Shown: positions 1-10,273 of the stretch, piece by piece
Layout of the letters: every line of letters starts with the position of its first letter
Position numbering within the stretch: the first letter of the stretch is position 1
Assembly: GCA_046757025.1 (NCBI GenBank)
Contig: JBHHXN010000008.1
Span: forward strand, 9,227-73,226
Direction of reading: 5' to 3'
Length of the DNA: 64,000 nucleotides
Source: a bacterium
Lineage (GTDB): Bacteria; Zhuqueibacterota; Zhuqueibacteria; Oceanimicrobiales; Oceanimicrobiaceae
The notes under the pieces: generated by a model
The model's input: only the letters and a program-made list of their open reading frames with translations
Told to the model about the DNA's origin: nothing
Databases searched by the model: none
Translations under genes and position numbers: made by a program

Positions 1-1055
1 CGGTTTCGGCTTTTCAGACATCACACACCACGGTGCTTCTGGTCATCGATTCGGAGCTGCGGCAGTTCGTCGATAAAGTCCAGGAAATTTATTCTGAACC
101 GTTGGCGAATTATGCCATTAATCGCCAACTCCTGCAAGCCGCTCTGATGTTCGACGCATTTGGAGCGTATGGTATCCGTTTCAAGTCTAAAAATAAAGAT
201 GCTGCCTTTGCTCTCAAACTGATGAATGCAGACAGCTTGACTCTAACACCCGATTTAAGTGTCTTTGCTCGCCTGAGAGGAAATGAGGAAGAATTGCTGC
301 TCATCTACGCCGCCGCTTTGGAGGCCGCCGGAATTCCCACGGCCATTCTGCAAACGCCCCAGCGCTTTTATGTGATGATCAATACCGGCATTCACCGAAA
401 ATATGCCGGTTCGGTTTCAAGAGATATCACTTCCTATTTGATCAAAAATGATTATGTTTATCTGTGTGTTGATATGCAGGAATTGGGGAAGCCGTTTTAC
501 CGAGCCTGGCAAAATACCCGGGGCAAACTCAAAGGGAAGCAGATTAAATTCCTGCCGGTGAATCTATCTTTCTCGGCAAAGGATAAGTCTCGGCGGGTAA
601 ATATTTTTGTCAGTAAAATCAATCGAAAAAATATTGATAAACGGTTTGACCGCGATAAAAATTATTTTGAAGGCCAAGAGCAGCAGTCAAAATTGCAAAA
701 AGTTACCGAAGTCAAGGCCCGCAACCAGCGCCAGGCGCTTCGGCATCTGAAAAAGGGCCAAACTTTATTAAATCTCGGTTCCTACGAAAAGGCCATTTTT
801 GAATTAGAAAAAGCCATTGACTTTGGCGGGGATCAAGGCAAAGCCCTCTATCTGATTGCCAAAGCCTTTGGTGAAAATAAACAGTTCCAGAAAATGAAAC
901 AAACCGCTTTGAGATTGATTGAATTCAATCACCGCGATCCCAGAGGATTTAGAATCCTGGGCATTGCCTATTATTACACCGGGCAACCCAAAATCGCAGA
1001 TGGTTTTTATTCGAAAGCGAATTATTTGGAAAAGAAAATCTTCAGTTTGAAATAG
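1..1055 (+). CDS. TPR-containing protein, 5'-partial; possible transglutaminase-like segment upstream of the TPRs
   Basis: Frame is open from the window start. C-terminal TPR-like helices (GQTLLNLGSYEKAIFELEKAI; LGIAYYYTGQPKIADGFYSKA). LLIYAAALEAAGIPTAIL resembles a transglutaminase-like core. Confidence 0.6.
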   Translation, partial: VSAFQTSHTTVLLVIDSELRQFVDKVQEIYSEPLANYAINRQLLQAALMFDAFGAYGIRFKSKNKDAAFALKLMNADSLTLTPDLSVFARLRGNEEELLLIYAAALEAAGIPTAILQTPQRFYVMINTGIHRKYAGSVSRDITSYLIKNDYVYLCVDMQELGKPFYRAWQNTRGKLKGKQIKFLPVNLSFSAKDKSRRVNIFVSKINRKNIDKRFDRDKNYFEGQEQQSKLQKVTEVKARNQRQALRHLKKGQTLLNLGSYEKAIFELEKAIDFGGDQGKALYLIAKAFGENKQFQKMKQTALRLIEFNHRDPRGFRILGIAYYYTGQPKIADGFYSKANYLEKKIFSLK

Positions 1056-1227
1056 TAAAATGCACTTGATTTTTCAAGAGGAATTGCTTAACATTTTGCG
1101 GTAACGGAGCGTTGAATAAAAAATCACTATCTGTTTTCAATGTTTCTATTTTTGACGGTTCGTAATGAATACCTATAATCTTTCGTAAAATGAGGTAAGT
1201 TCTCAATAGTCATTTATATGAGGCATT

Positions 1228-2310
1228 ATGTCGGTCATATCTGATTGGTCACGCCAGGAGTTTATTGGTAACCCGCTTTCGGATTATCTACTATTTTTTC
1301 TGATTCTTTTTTCCGTTTATGCGAGCTTTGCATTTTTTATGCGCCTGCTGAGGTCACGTCTGGTGAAAAAAATTGCCGATGACCGTAGCAGGCTGTTTGA
1401 ACGCATCATAGGATTCACTCGCAGACCGTTCCGCTTGTTGATGGTGACCTTTGCCTTCTGGCTCGGCGTGAGAATATTTAATCTACCGGAAATCGCCAAA
1501 GCGGTTGTTCAAAATGTATTTATCGCTTTGCTGGCAGTGACAGTTTGCTACGTTTTACTGCGGGTGGTGGATGCGGTGGCTGAATTTTTTAGGCCAAAGG
1601 TGGCGAAAACCGAATCGAAACTCGACGATCATCTTTTGCCAATCATCAACTCCACCCTCAAAGCCTTTATCATCATTGTGGCTATTCTGCTGGTGATTCA
1701 GAATTGGGGGTACAATATCACCAGCTTGTTGGCGGGCTTGGGTTTAGGTGGGTTGGCGGTGGCATTAGCTGCTCAAGATACGCTTACGAATGTTTTTGGG
1801 GCGGTTGCCATTTTTGTGGATCAGCCATTTCATGTGGGAGACTTGGTGGCTCTGGAGGGGTTCACTGGCAGCATCGAATCCATTGGTGTGAGGAGCACAA
1901 GGCTGCGCACCTTTGATGGCACCCTGGTTACTTTCCCCAATAGTATCGTGGCCAAAGCCAAGATCGACAATCTTACGGCACGGCCGACTCGACGTACCGT
2001 TTTTACCATCGGCGTAACTTATGACACCGGTTATGACAAGCTGCAAAAAGCCGTGCAAATTTTACGGGAGGTCATGACAGAGCATGCGGGGACCGCTCAA
2101 TGTCGCGCCTATTTTAACAGCTACGGCGATTTCTCGCTTAATATTCTGGCGCAACACTGGTGCAAATATCTCGATTATGAAATGTATTTGCAATGCCTGG
2201 AAGAAATAAATTTTGAAATTATGAAACGGTTTGAGGAGGCGCAGATTGAATTTGCCTTCCCGACGCAGACTCTGTATCTCAAGTCGGAATCGCAGGAAAA
2301 AGATGGATAA
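1228..2310 (+). CDS. mscS: Small-conductance mechanosensitive channel (MscS family)
   Basis: SLLAGLGLGGLAVALAAQDTLTNVFG, DQPFHVGD, IGVRSTRLRTFDG and IEFAFPTQ motifs; GAGG RBS. Confidence 0.9.
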   Translation: MSVISDWSRQEFIGNPLSDYLLFFLILFSVYASFAFFMRLLRSRLVKKIADDRSRLFERIIGFTRRPFRLLMVTFAFWLGVRIFNLPEIAKAVVQNVFIALLAVTVCYVLLRVVDAVAEFFRPKVAKTESKLDDHLLPIINSTLKAFIIIVAILLVIQNWGYNITSLLAGLGLGGLAVALAAQDTLTNVFGAVAIFVDQPFHVGDLVALEGFTGSIESIGVRSTRLRTFDGTLVTFPNSIVAKAKIDNLTARPTRRTVFTIGVTYDTGYDKLQKAVQILREVMTEHAGTAQCRAYFNSYGDFSLNILAQHWCKYLDYEMYLQCLEEINFEIMKRFEEAQIEFAFPTQTLYLKSESQEKDG

Positions 2311-2525
2311 GCTGAATTCCAAACATGAACGGTCACCGCTGCTCAATTTGTTGCGTAAAGATAATCAACATCATGCAATTTATCGGTGTATTTTTTCGTT
2401 TAAAAGATAAAGAATCCAAACGAGCAGAATCCGGCAGTCAATTGATAAGCAGCACCACCGACGAACCCCTAAAGCAAACTTGAAGTAGCAGACTTTATTA
2501 AAAAATCAAATATTCTAGACAAAGC

Positions 2526-3746
2526 ATGTCAAAGACACAACAAAAAAAAATTAAACCACCGCCGAAAATCCTGATTGTGGACGACGATGAAATCGTGACC
2601 CAAACCTTAACCGCGTATTTGCAGTTAGAAACCGATTACGAGATTTACACCTGTCAATCGCCGCAAGCAGCGTTGAATCTGTTAAAAAGAATTTCTGTGG
2701 ACGTGGTGATTTCGGATTTCTTAATGCAGGAAATGAACGGACTGCAGTTTTTGGGTGAAGTGGAAAGCCTGTATCCAGAAACCACACGCATTTTGCTCAC
2801 CGGCTATGCCGACAAAGAAAACGCCATCAAAGCGATTAATGAGGTAAACATTTTCCAGTATATCGAAAAACCCTGGGACAATGAGCAATTGAAGTTGATC
2901 ATTCGCAATGGTTTACGCAACAAAAATCTAAATACCGTTCTCCAGGAGAAAATAAGTGAGTTAGACAGCGTATTGCTGGAAAGAGACACGCTGGCCGAAC
3001 AAAATGAGATGTTAAAAGAAGAGTTGCTTCTGGCCCGAAACGTACAGGAAAGCATGCTGCCGCAGACTTTTCCGGGTTTGAACGGACTGTCGATCTCAGC
3101 AAAATATTTGCCTGCCTTGGAAGTCGGGGGTGATTTTTATGACGTCGTTCCGCTGGCGAATGAGCATGCGGCCGTGTTGATGGCCGATGTGACAGGACAT
3201 GGCATAAAAGCCGCGCTGATAACCGTGCTGTTGAAATCGGAATTTTCCACATATAAAGGCTGCCAGGTCAGTCCCACCGATATTATTTTACACATGAATA
3301 AAGTTCTGAAAAAAGTGCTTCCAAAAGGGCTGTTTGTGGCTGCGCTGGTGATGACCCTTAATTTGAAAAACGGTCATTGCCGAATCGTGAACGGCGGCGT
3401 GCCGTATCCCTATTTGGTTCGCCTAAAAGAGCGATCGGTTGAGCGCATTCATGCCAATGGTTTGCTGTTGGGAGTGGCGGATGATGAAATGTACACGCCG
3501 GGTAAAGAATTTTCCGTTCAATTACAAAAAGGTGATCGCTTGATACTTTTTACCGACGGTTTGAGCGAAGCAGAAAATGAACGAGAAGAACACTTTGATG
3601 CCGAGTCCATGGCAGATTGTTTATTGCAAAATATCCAAAAAAGCAGCGTGGAATTGCTCGACGATTTGACCGAAGCGGTAGCGAAATTTAGCAAGCCAGA
3701 GCACCGCTGGGATGACATCGCGATTCTGGGGATAGAGAGCACTTAA
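2526..3746 (+). CDS. Response regulator receiver fused to a PP2C/SpoIIE (RsbU-like) phosphatase
   Basis: ILIVDDD, ISDFLM, LLTGY and EKPW receiver motifs; coiled coil; VGGDFYD, ADVTGHG, FTDGLSE and DDIA phosphatase motifs. Confidence 0.9.
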   Translation: MSKTQQKKIKPPPKILIVDDDEIVTQTLTAYLQLETDYEIYTCQSPQAALNLLKRISVDVVISDFLMQEMNGLQFLGEVESLYPETTRILLTGYADKENAIKAINEVNIFQYIEKPWDNEQLKLIIRNGLRNKNLNTVLQEKISELDSVLLERDTLAEQNEMLKEELLLARNVQESMLPQTFPGLNGLSISAKYLPALEVGGDFYDVVPLANEHAAVLMADVTGHGIKAALITVLLKSEFSTYKGCQVSPTDIILHMNKVLKKVLPKGLFVAALVMTLNLKNGHCRIVNGGVPYPYLVRLKERSVERIHANGLLLGVADDEMYTPGKEFSVQLQKGDRLILFTDGLSEAENEREEHFDAESMADCLLQNIQKSSVELLDDLTEAVAKFSKPEHRWDDIAILGIEST

Positions 3747-3859
3747 AATCTTCCCCCTCGTACTTGGACCATCGGGAATTTTCAGTAGCAAAATCAACCA
3801 TTTTTTCCATTCTACAAAGTTCCTTTAAAGCCGGTAGCGGGGAATTCAAGAAAATTTCC

Positions 3860-3887
3860 TTGACAAAGGTTTTTTTTTTCTTATTTT
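3860..3887 (+). promoter_or_regulatory. Putative sigma70 promoter with a T10 tract in the spacer
   Basis: TTGACA (3860-3865), 16-bp spacer containing T10 (3870-3879), TATTTT (3882-3887), upstream of the radical SAM gene. Confidence 0.45.
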
Positions 3888-3955
3888 TGAACGCACGTTA
3901 ACATTTGCCCTTCTTAAATCTTTTTACCATTCCTAATTAAAATTAAGGAAAATTT

Positions 3956-5614
3956 ATGAAAATTACCTATATACATCCTCTTTTTCCGGATACGCTCTGG
4001 AGCTTTCGAGGAATTCGTTCTATCACCGGCGCCCGTACCGCCTTTGCACCGCTGGGGCTTGCCACCGCTGTCGCTTTAACCCCTGACCATTGGGAAATTG
4101 AAATTTTCGATGAAGAAATCGAACCCATCAATTACGACACCGACGCAGATTTGATCGCCATCACGGCCTTCAATGTGCAAGCACAAAGAGCTTACGAGAT
4201 CGCCAAAAAATTTCAGAAACGTGGAAAGCCGGTGGTTTTCGGCGGTCCCTATGCCTCGCTTTGTCCGGAAAACGTTCGTCCGTATTTTGATACCGTTATT
4301 TCCGGTGAATGTGAATACATCTGGCCGGAATTTTTGAATGATTTTAAAAATGGCCGTCAAAAAGATTTTTACCTACAGGAAGAAAAGGTCGATATGGCAG
4401 ATTCACCGCTGCCGGCTTTTGATAAGCTCAAAGCAAATGCCTACCAGGCCTTTTATGTTCAGACCACTCGCGGTTGTCCGTTCGATTGTGAATTTTGCGA
4501 TATCATCATTACCGATGGCCGCATACCGCGGGTGAAATCGGTTGAGCAGGTCATGGCGGAAGTGCAAAATCTCATGGAGTTGGGGGTTCGTTATGTGACA
4601 TTTAGCGACGCCAATTTTATCGCGAATACAAAGTTCGCGAAAGAGTTAACGCACGAGCTGATCCGTTTTTGTGAGACAAACAATTATCCCATCTCTTTTG
4701 CTTGTGAAGCGACTTTGAATCTGGCCAGCAAGGATGAGTTGCTGCGGCTCATGCAGGCGGCCAATTTTGAAACCGTTTTTATCGGCATTGAATCCCCGCG
4801 TATGGAAAGTCTCATGGAAACCAACAAGCGCCAAAACACCCATCATCCCATTGTCCATGACGTACATAAGATACAGTCTTACAACATGGTGGTGATTGCC
4901 GGCATGATCGTGGGGTTTGACAACGACGACAAAAATATTTTCCAGGAGCAATTTGATTTTTTAATGGAAGCCGGAATTCCTTTTACAACCTCTGGCATTT
5001 TGGTGGCCATTGAAAAAACCCCGCTGTATTTGCGGATGCAGCGTGAGGGGCGGTTGTTGGAATACGATTATGAAAACCAAAAAGCGCACGGTGCCGCAGA
5101 TATTAATTTTATACCCAAGCAAATGACGCGTGAAGAAATTCTCACCGGTTACAACTGGTTGATTCGGGCATTGTATAAATATGAAAATTATTCCAAACGC
5201 TTGATTACCGCCATGCAGAACTTTACGCCCGGTCTCACAAAGTTTCGTCAGAACCGGCCCTTCACCACTCTGAAAACGCCAAAAATATTGTTAAACATCG
5301 CCAAACATTTTATCTTTACGAAAAACAAAAAGCTGCGCAGATTCTTTTTTAACACCTTAAAAGCTAGTTTGATGGGGCATTTCTCCGTTCGAAAATTTGT
5401 GGAAGCCACTTCTTTTATGACGCTGCACAAGCATTTTCACGAATATATTTCAAAGACGCACGGCGACCCGGAAACCGTGGGTACGCTTTCTCCCTTTAGC
5501 AATGACGCCTATGAAAGGGTCGTTTTACCTGAAAATGATAAATTCGAAATTGCAAAGTTGGCTCCGGAGTTTAAAGAAAATGAGGCAGAGATTTCTAGTA
5601 CAAAAATTGATTAA
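3956..5614 (+). CDS. Cobalamin-binding radical SAM protein (DUF4070/HpnP-like family)
   Basis: N-terminal B12-binding region (PLGLATAVAL, GGPYAS), RGCPFDCEFC, FIGIESP and GMIVGFDND. Confidence 0.85.
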   Translation: MKITYIHPLFPDTLWSFRGIRSITGARTAFAPLGLATAVALTPDHWEIEIFDEEIEPINYDTDADLIAITAFNVQAQRAYEIAKKFQKRGKPVVFGGPYASLCPENVRPYFDTVISGECEYIWPEFLNDFKNGRQKDFYLQEEKVDMADSPLPAFDKLKANAYQAFYVQTTRGCPFDCEFCDIIITDGRIPRVKSVEQVMAEVQNLMELGVRYVTFSDANFIANTKFAKELTHELIRFCETNNYPISFACEATLNLASKDELLRLMQAANFETVFIGIESPRMESLMETNKRQNTHHPIVHDVHKIQSYNMVVIAGMIVGFDNDDKNIFQEQFDFLMEAGIPFTTSGILVAIEKTPLYLRMQREGRLLEYDYENQKAHGAADINFIPKQMTREEILTGYNWLIRALYKYENYSKRLITAMQNFTPGLTKFRQNRPFTTLKTPKILLNIAKHFIFTKNKKLRRFFFNTLKASLMGHFSVRKFVEATSFMTLHKHFHEYISKTHGDPETVGTLSPFSNDAYERVVLPENDKFEIAKLAPEFKENEAEISSTKID

Positions 5615-5740
5615 GTAAGGATTGAACGAAAACGCACCAAATTCTCAATCAGGCGTCCTCGCCTGCATCCAAAGAAGTAGTTTTATCCGATGTGGACGCA
5701 TGCCAGAGCTTAGTAATGTTTTTTCGTTTAGACGCTATGC

Positions 5741-5919
5741 GTTCTATTTCAGAAATAGTTGTCGGGTTCATAAGAATATAGAGCCGTACTGCTCTTCACC
5801 CTGAGATTTTCGTCGCACTCAGGAATGAATACGTCGAATGCTGAAGTTAAGGGTTTCCTGAATTTGATTTGGGACTCTCCATGAAGCCAGGTACCCGACA
5901 ATTCATTTTGAAATGGAGC
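5741..5919. mobile_element. MITE-like element with 27-bp imperfect terminal inverted repeats
   Basis: Left GTTCTATTTCAGAAATAGTTGTCGGGT versus reverse complement of the right end GCTCCATTTCAAAATGAATTGTCGGGT (21/27 by hand); no credible internal ORF. Confidence 0.5.
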
Positions 5920-6030
5920 ACGAATGACTCACTCGATTTATTTGTGTGCACCAGAACCTAAGATTTGTTCGATTATTTCAAGTGTGATCTATTCAATCAG
6001 TTGCTTTATTTGAATCCTTGGGAGGTAACG

Positions 6031-7548
6031 ATGACAGAGCTACTTGATCGTTTGTTGAGCTTGTCAAATAAAGTTGCAAACTTCATGTGGGGCGAGTGGA
6101 TGATTCTTTTGCTGGTGGGAACGGGTGTGTTGTTGACCTTCATGACTGGTTTTATTCAAATACGAAAGTTTGGTCTTTCCTTAACTCTGGTTTTTCAGGG
6201 CCGGAGTAAAAAGGGCCGGGAAAGGCTTAAAAAGGAAGAGGGAGATATTTCGCCTTTTGCCGCATTGATGACGGCTCTGGCAGCCACAGTCGGCAACGGA
6301 AATATCGCCGGCGTGGCGGCCGCCATTGCCACGGGCGGCCCCGGTGCACCATTCTGGATGTGGATTTCCGCTTTGTTTGGCATGGCTACTAAATACGCAG
6401 AAGGTTTTTTAGGAGTTAAATTTCGAAAGGTGGCCGAAGACGGTTCCATGTCTGGCGGCCCCATGTATTATATCCGATATGGAATAAAGAATCCGATTAT
6501 TGCGAAATCGTTGGGTATGCTGTTTGCCGTTTGCGGCGCTGCGACCGCTTTATTCGGAACTGGCAACATGATGCAATCCAATTCCATGGCTCTGGCCTTT
6601 AAAACGCAGTTTCACGTACCCACCATCTTGAGCGCTTTGGTTATCACTTTTTTAGTTGGTTTGGTCGTTATCGGAGGAATCAAGCGAATCGGGGCAGTGG
6701 CGGAACGCCTGGTGCCTTCGATGATCGTGTTTTACTTTGTCGGAGCATTGGTTATCATAATTGCTAAATTCACACAAATTCCCGCTGCTCTGGCATTAAT
6801 TGTGAAATCTGCCTTTTCTGTGCAAGCGGTCGGCGGCGCTTTGATTGGAACCTCAGTAAAACAGGCCATCAGTTTGGGGGTGCGGCGAGGCGTGCTTTCC
6901 AACGAGGCGGGAATGGGTTCGGCCGCCATTGCACAGGCAGCGGCCAAATCACCCGACCCTACCTACAACGGCCTCATCGCCATGACCGGCGTGTTCATCG
7001 ACACCATCCTGGTGAACACGTTAACCACGCTTTCGATTATCTTAACGGGACTGTGGAAGCTGACTCCTGCGGCCGGCATTGCGCTTCGAACACCGGGTCA
7101 GGTGTTCGATGTCAGCAACGTTTCGCAGCAGGCCATGGATTTTGCCAATAGTCTGGGTATCAACCTTGCGGAAACCGGCGGCTTGACTAGCACCCAGCTA
7201 ACGGCCGAAGCCTTTAACGCTGTGGTGCCTTACGGCGGCATGGGTATTGCCATCGCATCGCTGGTTTATGGATACACCACGCTTATCGGCTGGGCCTATT
7301 ATGGCGAACGCTGTGTGGAATATATTTTTGGAATCCGCTCCATTCTTACCTACCGTATCGTGTATATCGCGCTGCTCTTTATCGGAGCGCTCATGACGGG
7401 AAAATATTTAAACATTGTCTGGTATGTCGGCGACACGTTTAACGCGGTCATGTCGCTGCCGAATTTGATCGGCCTACTGTTTCTAGCCAAAATTGTGGCT
7501 TCCACCACTAAGAAATATTATCAGACCGGTCAGTTTGAAGAATTATAA
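6031..7548 (+). CDS. Sodium:alanine/glycine symporter (AgcS/AlsT family)
   Basis: ALAATVGNGNIAGVA, GGPGAPFWMW, GGPMYYI and SNEAGMGS; GGAGG RBS before ATG 6031. Confidence 0.92.
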   Translation: MTELLDRLLSLSNKVANFMWGEWMILLLVGTGVLLTFMTGFIQIRKFGLSLTLVFQGRSKKGRERLKKEEGDISPFAALMTALAATVGNGNIAGVAAAIATGGPGAPFWMWISALFGMATKYAEGFLGVKFRKVAEDGSMSGGPMYYIRYGIKNPIIAKSLGMLFAVCGAATALFGTGNMMQSNSMALAFKTQFHVPTILSALVITFLVGLVVIGGIKRIGAVAERLVPSMIVFYFVGALVIIIAKFTQIPAALALIVKSAFSVQAVGGALIGTSVKQAISLGVRRGVLSNEAGMGSAAIAQAAAKSPDPTYNGLIAMTGVFIDTILVNTLTTLSIILTGLWKLTPAAGIALRTPGQVFDVSNVSQQAMDFANSLGINLAETGGLTSTQLTAEAFNAVVPYGGMGIAIASLVYGYTTLIGWAYYGERCVEYIFGIRSILTYRIVYIALLFIGALMTGKYLNIVWYVGDTFNAVMSLPNLIGLLFLAKIVASTTKKYYQTGQFEEL

Positions 7549-7590
7549 TAGCTCACAGGAATACAACTGAAGTAGGACAATTCAAAATAC

Positions 7591-7620
7591 AGGCGGAGGA
7601 CATTCATCCTTCGCCTTTTG
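7591..7620 (+). terminator. Intrinsic terminator
   Basis: AGGCGGAGGA-cattca-TCCTTCGCCT hairpin followed by TTT. Confidence 0.65.
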
Positions 7621-7636
7621 TTTGAGCAATTATAGA

Positions 7637-8062
7637 CTCAAGTTTCGCAGTTATTTAATCAATTGTTTCCAATATATTTTTTTTAACCTGAATTCACATA
7701 ATTCTTTTATTATAACTATCGTTACAAAAATTCAAAAATATTAAATGTAGCCATTTATTTAAGAAGTCATTTTTAGATCGACTTTTTGATTTATTAGTTA
7801 AAAGGCGTTTTACACCTGAACGCAGGATTATCAAATAACCACTTTGATTTTAACGCAGAGGCCGCCGAGCGTTTCGCACAGAGAAATATTTTTCTCTGCG
7901 TCCTCTGCGTTAAATAAAAAGGTTAGAATGTGTAAATAAGTACTCAATCACTCTAATTTTGGAATATTAATGTAATATCTTTAATATTAATTGCTTAACT
8001 ACTAATTCATCAGTTTGGAACTTATTTGTGTTTGTTTACATTAACCAAGTGCGAAACTTGAG
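7637..8062. mobile_element. MITE copy 1 (about 430 bp), TIR CTCAAGTTTCGCA
   Basis: Begins CTCAAGTTTCGCA and ends TGCGAAACTTGAG; colinear over its length with 33846-34284 in inverted orientation. Confidence 0.8.
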
Positions 8063-8217
8063 TTAGTGAGTAACCCAATAGCCCAATTGGGACAAAAGTG
8101 TGCTCATATTTTACAAGATCAATAAGACGTAAACTACGTTTTTATTATTGTAAATTAATGTTAAAATGATAAATTAAAGGAATCACGACTTAACTGTAAA
8201 ATGAAAAAAGGCATTCA

Positions 8218-9420
8218 ATGATTCAACCAAAAATATTTTATCGCGATTTTGATAATCTGCTAAAAAACATTCGTCATAAAAAAAGCGGTAAAAATTATTT
8301 GTGTTCGATTTTGAGTGAAGTTCAAAACAATTTTGGGGATGCGTTAAATTTTAGCAATCTGAGCATTTATGAGGAAAAAGGCGATGATTTTGTACTGGTG
8401 AGCTCGCTTCCGGAAAGCAGCCAATTTTACAAAGCGCAAAATTTGTCGAAGGAATCGCCGGCTGTCCAGCAAGTATTAAAGAACGGCACTTTCATATTTG
8501 ATGAAAAAAAATATACCCTTGTCCCGGAAAAGAGCTCTAAATCGCACAGCATAATCCTTGCCGCTATGGTAATTCGCGGCCCGGTCCATCGCTGGCTGGT
8601 GTTGTTTGAATTACAATCAGGCTGGGTTCGCGATGAAGTGCTGTTTTCATTGAATGCCATTCGCACGGCGGTCAACTACCGTTTGTTCTCCGATGCTGTG
8701 CAAAATGAGCTGCAACAAGCTGCTCAAATACAAAAGAGTCTATTGCCGCAACAAATTCCCAAAATAAAAGGCTACCAAATTGCGGTACGTGCCTATACCA
8801 CGGAGATTGTCGGAGGCGATCTGTATGATTTTTTTGAATTTGATGATAATAATTTTGGAGTCTGTATCGGCGATGCCAGCGGTCATGGCATCCCGGCGGC
8901 GTTATTGGTTCGTGATATCGTTATCGGCTTGCGCATGGGATTGGAAAAACACATGAAAATGGTTTATACATTTCTCAAGCTCAATAGTGTGATTTATCGC
9001 AGTACCTATTCTTCCCGATTTGTATCCTTGTTCTACGGTGAAATCGAACAAGATGGTCATCTCATCTATATCAACGCCGGTCATCCTGCGCCATTCCTGG
9101 TGAGTGGAAAGAAAGTCATTGAGTTAGAAGCTACCGGCCTTATACTTGGCGCTTTGCCCGAGATTACTTTACACCGTTCTTATACGCAAATTGAACCCGA
9201 CGCGGTTCTGGTCATGTTTAGCGATGGTATTTTTGAACGCCTAAATCAAAAAGACGCAATTTTTGGTATTCCACGTCTCAAACAACTGGTGATTGAAAAT
9301 CAAAAAAAAGATGCTCACGAAATTGTGGATATTTTATGTGAACATGTTTATCGATTTGGTAATCGCAGTAAGTGGGAAGATGACAGTACTTTGCTGGTCA
9401 TCAAACGGGAGAGACCGTAA
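8218..9420 (+). CDS. PP2C/SpoIIE family phosphatase with an N-terminal GAF-like sensor region
   Basis: VGGDLYDF, GDASGHG, NAGHP, FSDGIFE and DDST. Confidence 0.88.
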   Translation: MIQPKIFYRDFDNLLKNIRHKKSGKNYLCSILSEVQNNFGDALNFSNLSIYEEKGDDFVLVSSLPESSQFYKAQNLSKESPAVQQVLKNGTFIFDEKKYTLVPEKSSKSHSIILAAMVIRGPVHRWLVLFELQSGWVRDEVLFSLNAIRTAVNYRLFSDAVQNELQQAAQIQKSLLPQQIPKIKGYQIAVRAYTTEIVGGDLYDFFEFDDNNFGVCIGDASGHGIPAALLVRDIVIGLRMGLEKHMKMVYTFLKLNSVIYRSTYSSRFVSLFYGEIEQDGHLIYINAGHPAPFLVSGKKVIELEATGLILGALPEITLHRSYTQIEPDAVLVMFSDGIFERLNQKDAIFGIPRLKQLVIENQKKDAHEIVDILCEHVYRFGNRSKWEDDSTLLVIKRERP

Positions 9421-9720
9421 ACAACTGACTCGATTAAAGCGACCGTTTTCGTTCTCAGAAACGCCTCTTCACTTGTAAATCAATCCACAGTTTTATTTTG
9501 TAATATGAATGATTCGTTGAAAAATTAGCCTGCGACTCCGCTCAGGCTGAAGCGCACTAATTCATGGTGAGTCCCGAAAAAAATCCGGGAAACCATGGAA
9601 ACTCTACAATAATCCATTAAAACAGATTTTCAAATGGTCATTCATACTTGTAATCTTCCTTTTGAATTTTTTCAAGTATGAAATTTTTTTTCATCCAGTT
9701 CTGCATTTAATAAAAAAAGC

Positions 9721-9752
9721 TTGACATTTCTCCCAAATAGGTGTATATTCAC
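9721..9752 (+). promoter_or_regulatory. Sigma70 promoter of marR with an overlapping palindromic operator
   Basis: TTGACA (9721), 17 bp, TATATT (9744); GTGTATATTCAC at 9741-9752 overlaps the -10 box. Confidence 0.7.
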
Positions 9753-9756
9753 GCAA

Positions 9757-10209
9757 ATGAATGAATTGATTGAAAAATTAACATCCTCCCAGGTTTCCGA
9801 GTGCGCCTGTTTTAATCTTCGAAAAACCGCACGCGCCGTGACTCAATTTTATGATAGCTGTTTGAAATCGAGTGGATTAAGAGGAACTCAATTTACTTTG
9901 CTCTCTGTCATAGCCGGCAATAAAAGGATTACCATATCAAAATTAGCCCATAAGTTGGTGATGGAGCGCACCACTTTGACGCGCAATTTGCGTCCCCTCG
10001 CCAGGCAAGGTCTGGTTGAAATCATACCAGGTAACGACAAACGCACTCGCTTTGTGGAATTAACTCCAAAGGGCCGCAACACTTTGCTTAATGCGCTGCC
10101 CTTTTGGCAGAAGGCACAAAAAAAGATTCAAAAGGATTTGGGCAAAACTCAATTCCAAAGTTTACTGCAGAATCTTTCCAATACCCTTGAACGGATTTTT
10201 CTGCAGTAA
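9757..10209 (+). CDS. MarR family winged-helix regulator
   Basis: CACFNLRKTARAVTQFYD, MERTTLTRNL and DKRTRFVELTPKG. ATG 9757 is preferred because the track's TTG start at 9721 is the -35 box. Confidence 0.9.
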   Translation: MNELIEKLTSSQVSECACFNLRKTARAVTQFYDSCLKSSGLRGTQFTLLSVIAGNKRITISKLAHKLVMERTTLTRNLRPLARQGLVEIIPGNDKRTRFVELTPKGRNTLLNALPFWQKAQKKIQKDLGKTQFQSLLQNLSNTLERIFLQ

Positions 10210-10231
10210 AGAAAAAATTTTAAAATAATAA

Positions 10232-10243
10232 GTGTATATACAC
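10232..10243. promoter_or_regulatory. Perfect 12-bp palindrome, putative MarR operator
   Basis: GTGTATATACAC, 11/12 identical to the site in the marR promoter. Confidence 0.65.
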
Positions 10244-10273
10244 AGTATATTAAACTATTTCAGGAGGTACTGA

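Noticed and set aside
5620..6030. Glycine riboswitch upstream of the alanine/glycine symporter
   Set aside because: No GGAGA...CCGAAG aptamer core was seen; the region is better explained by a TIR-bounded element.
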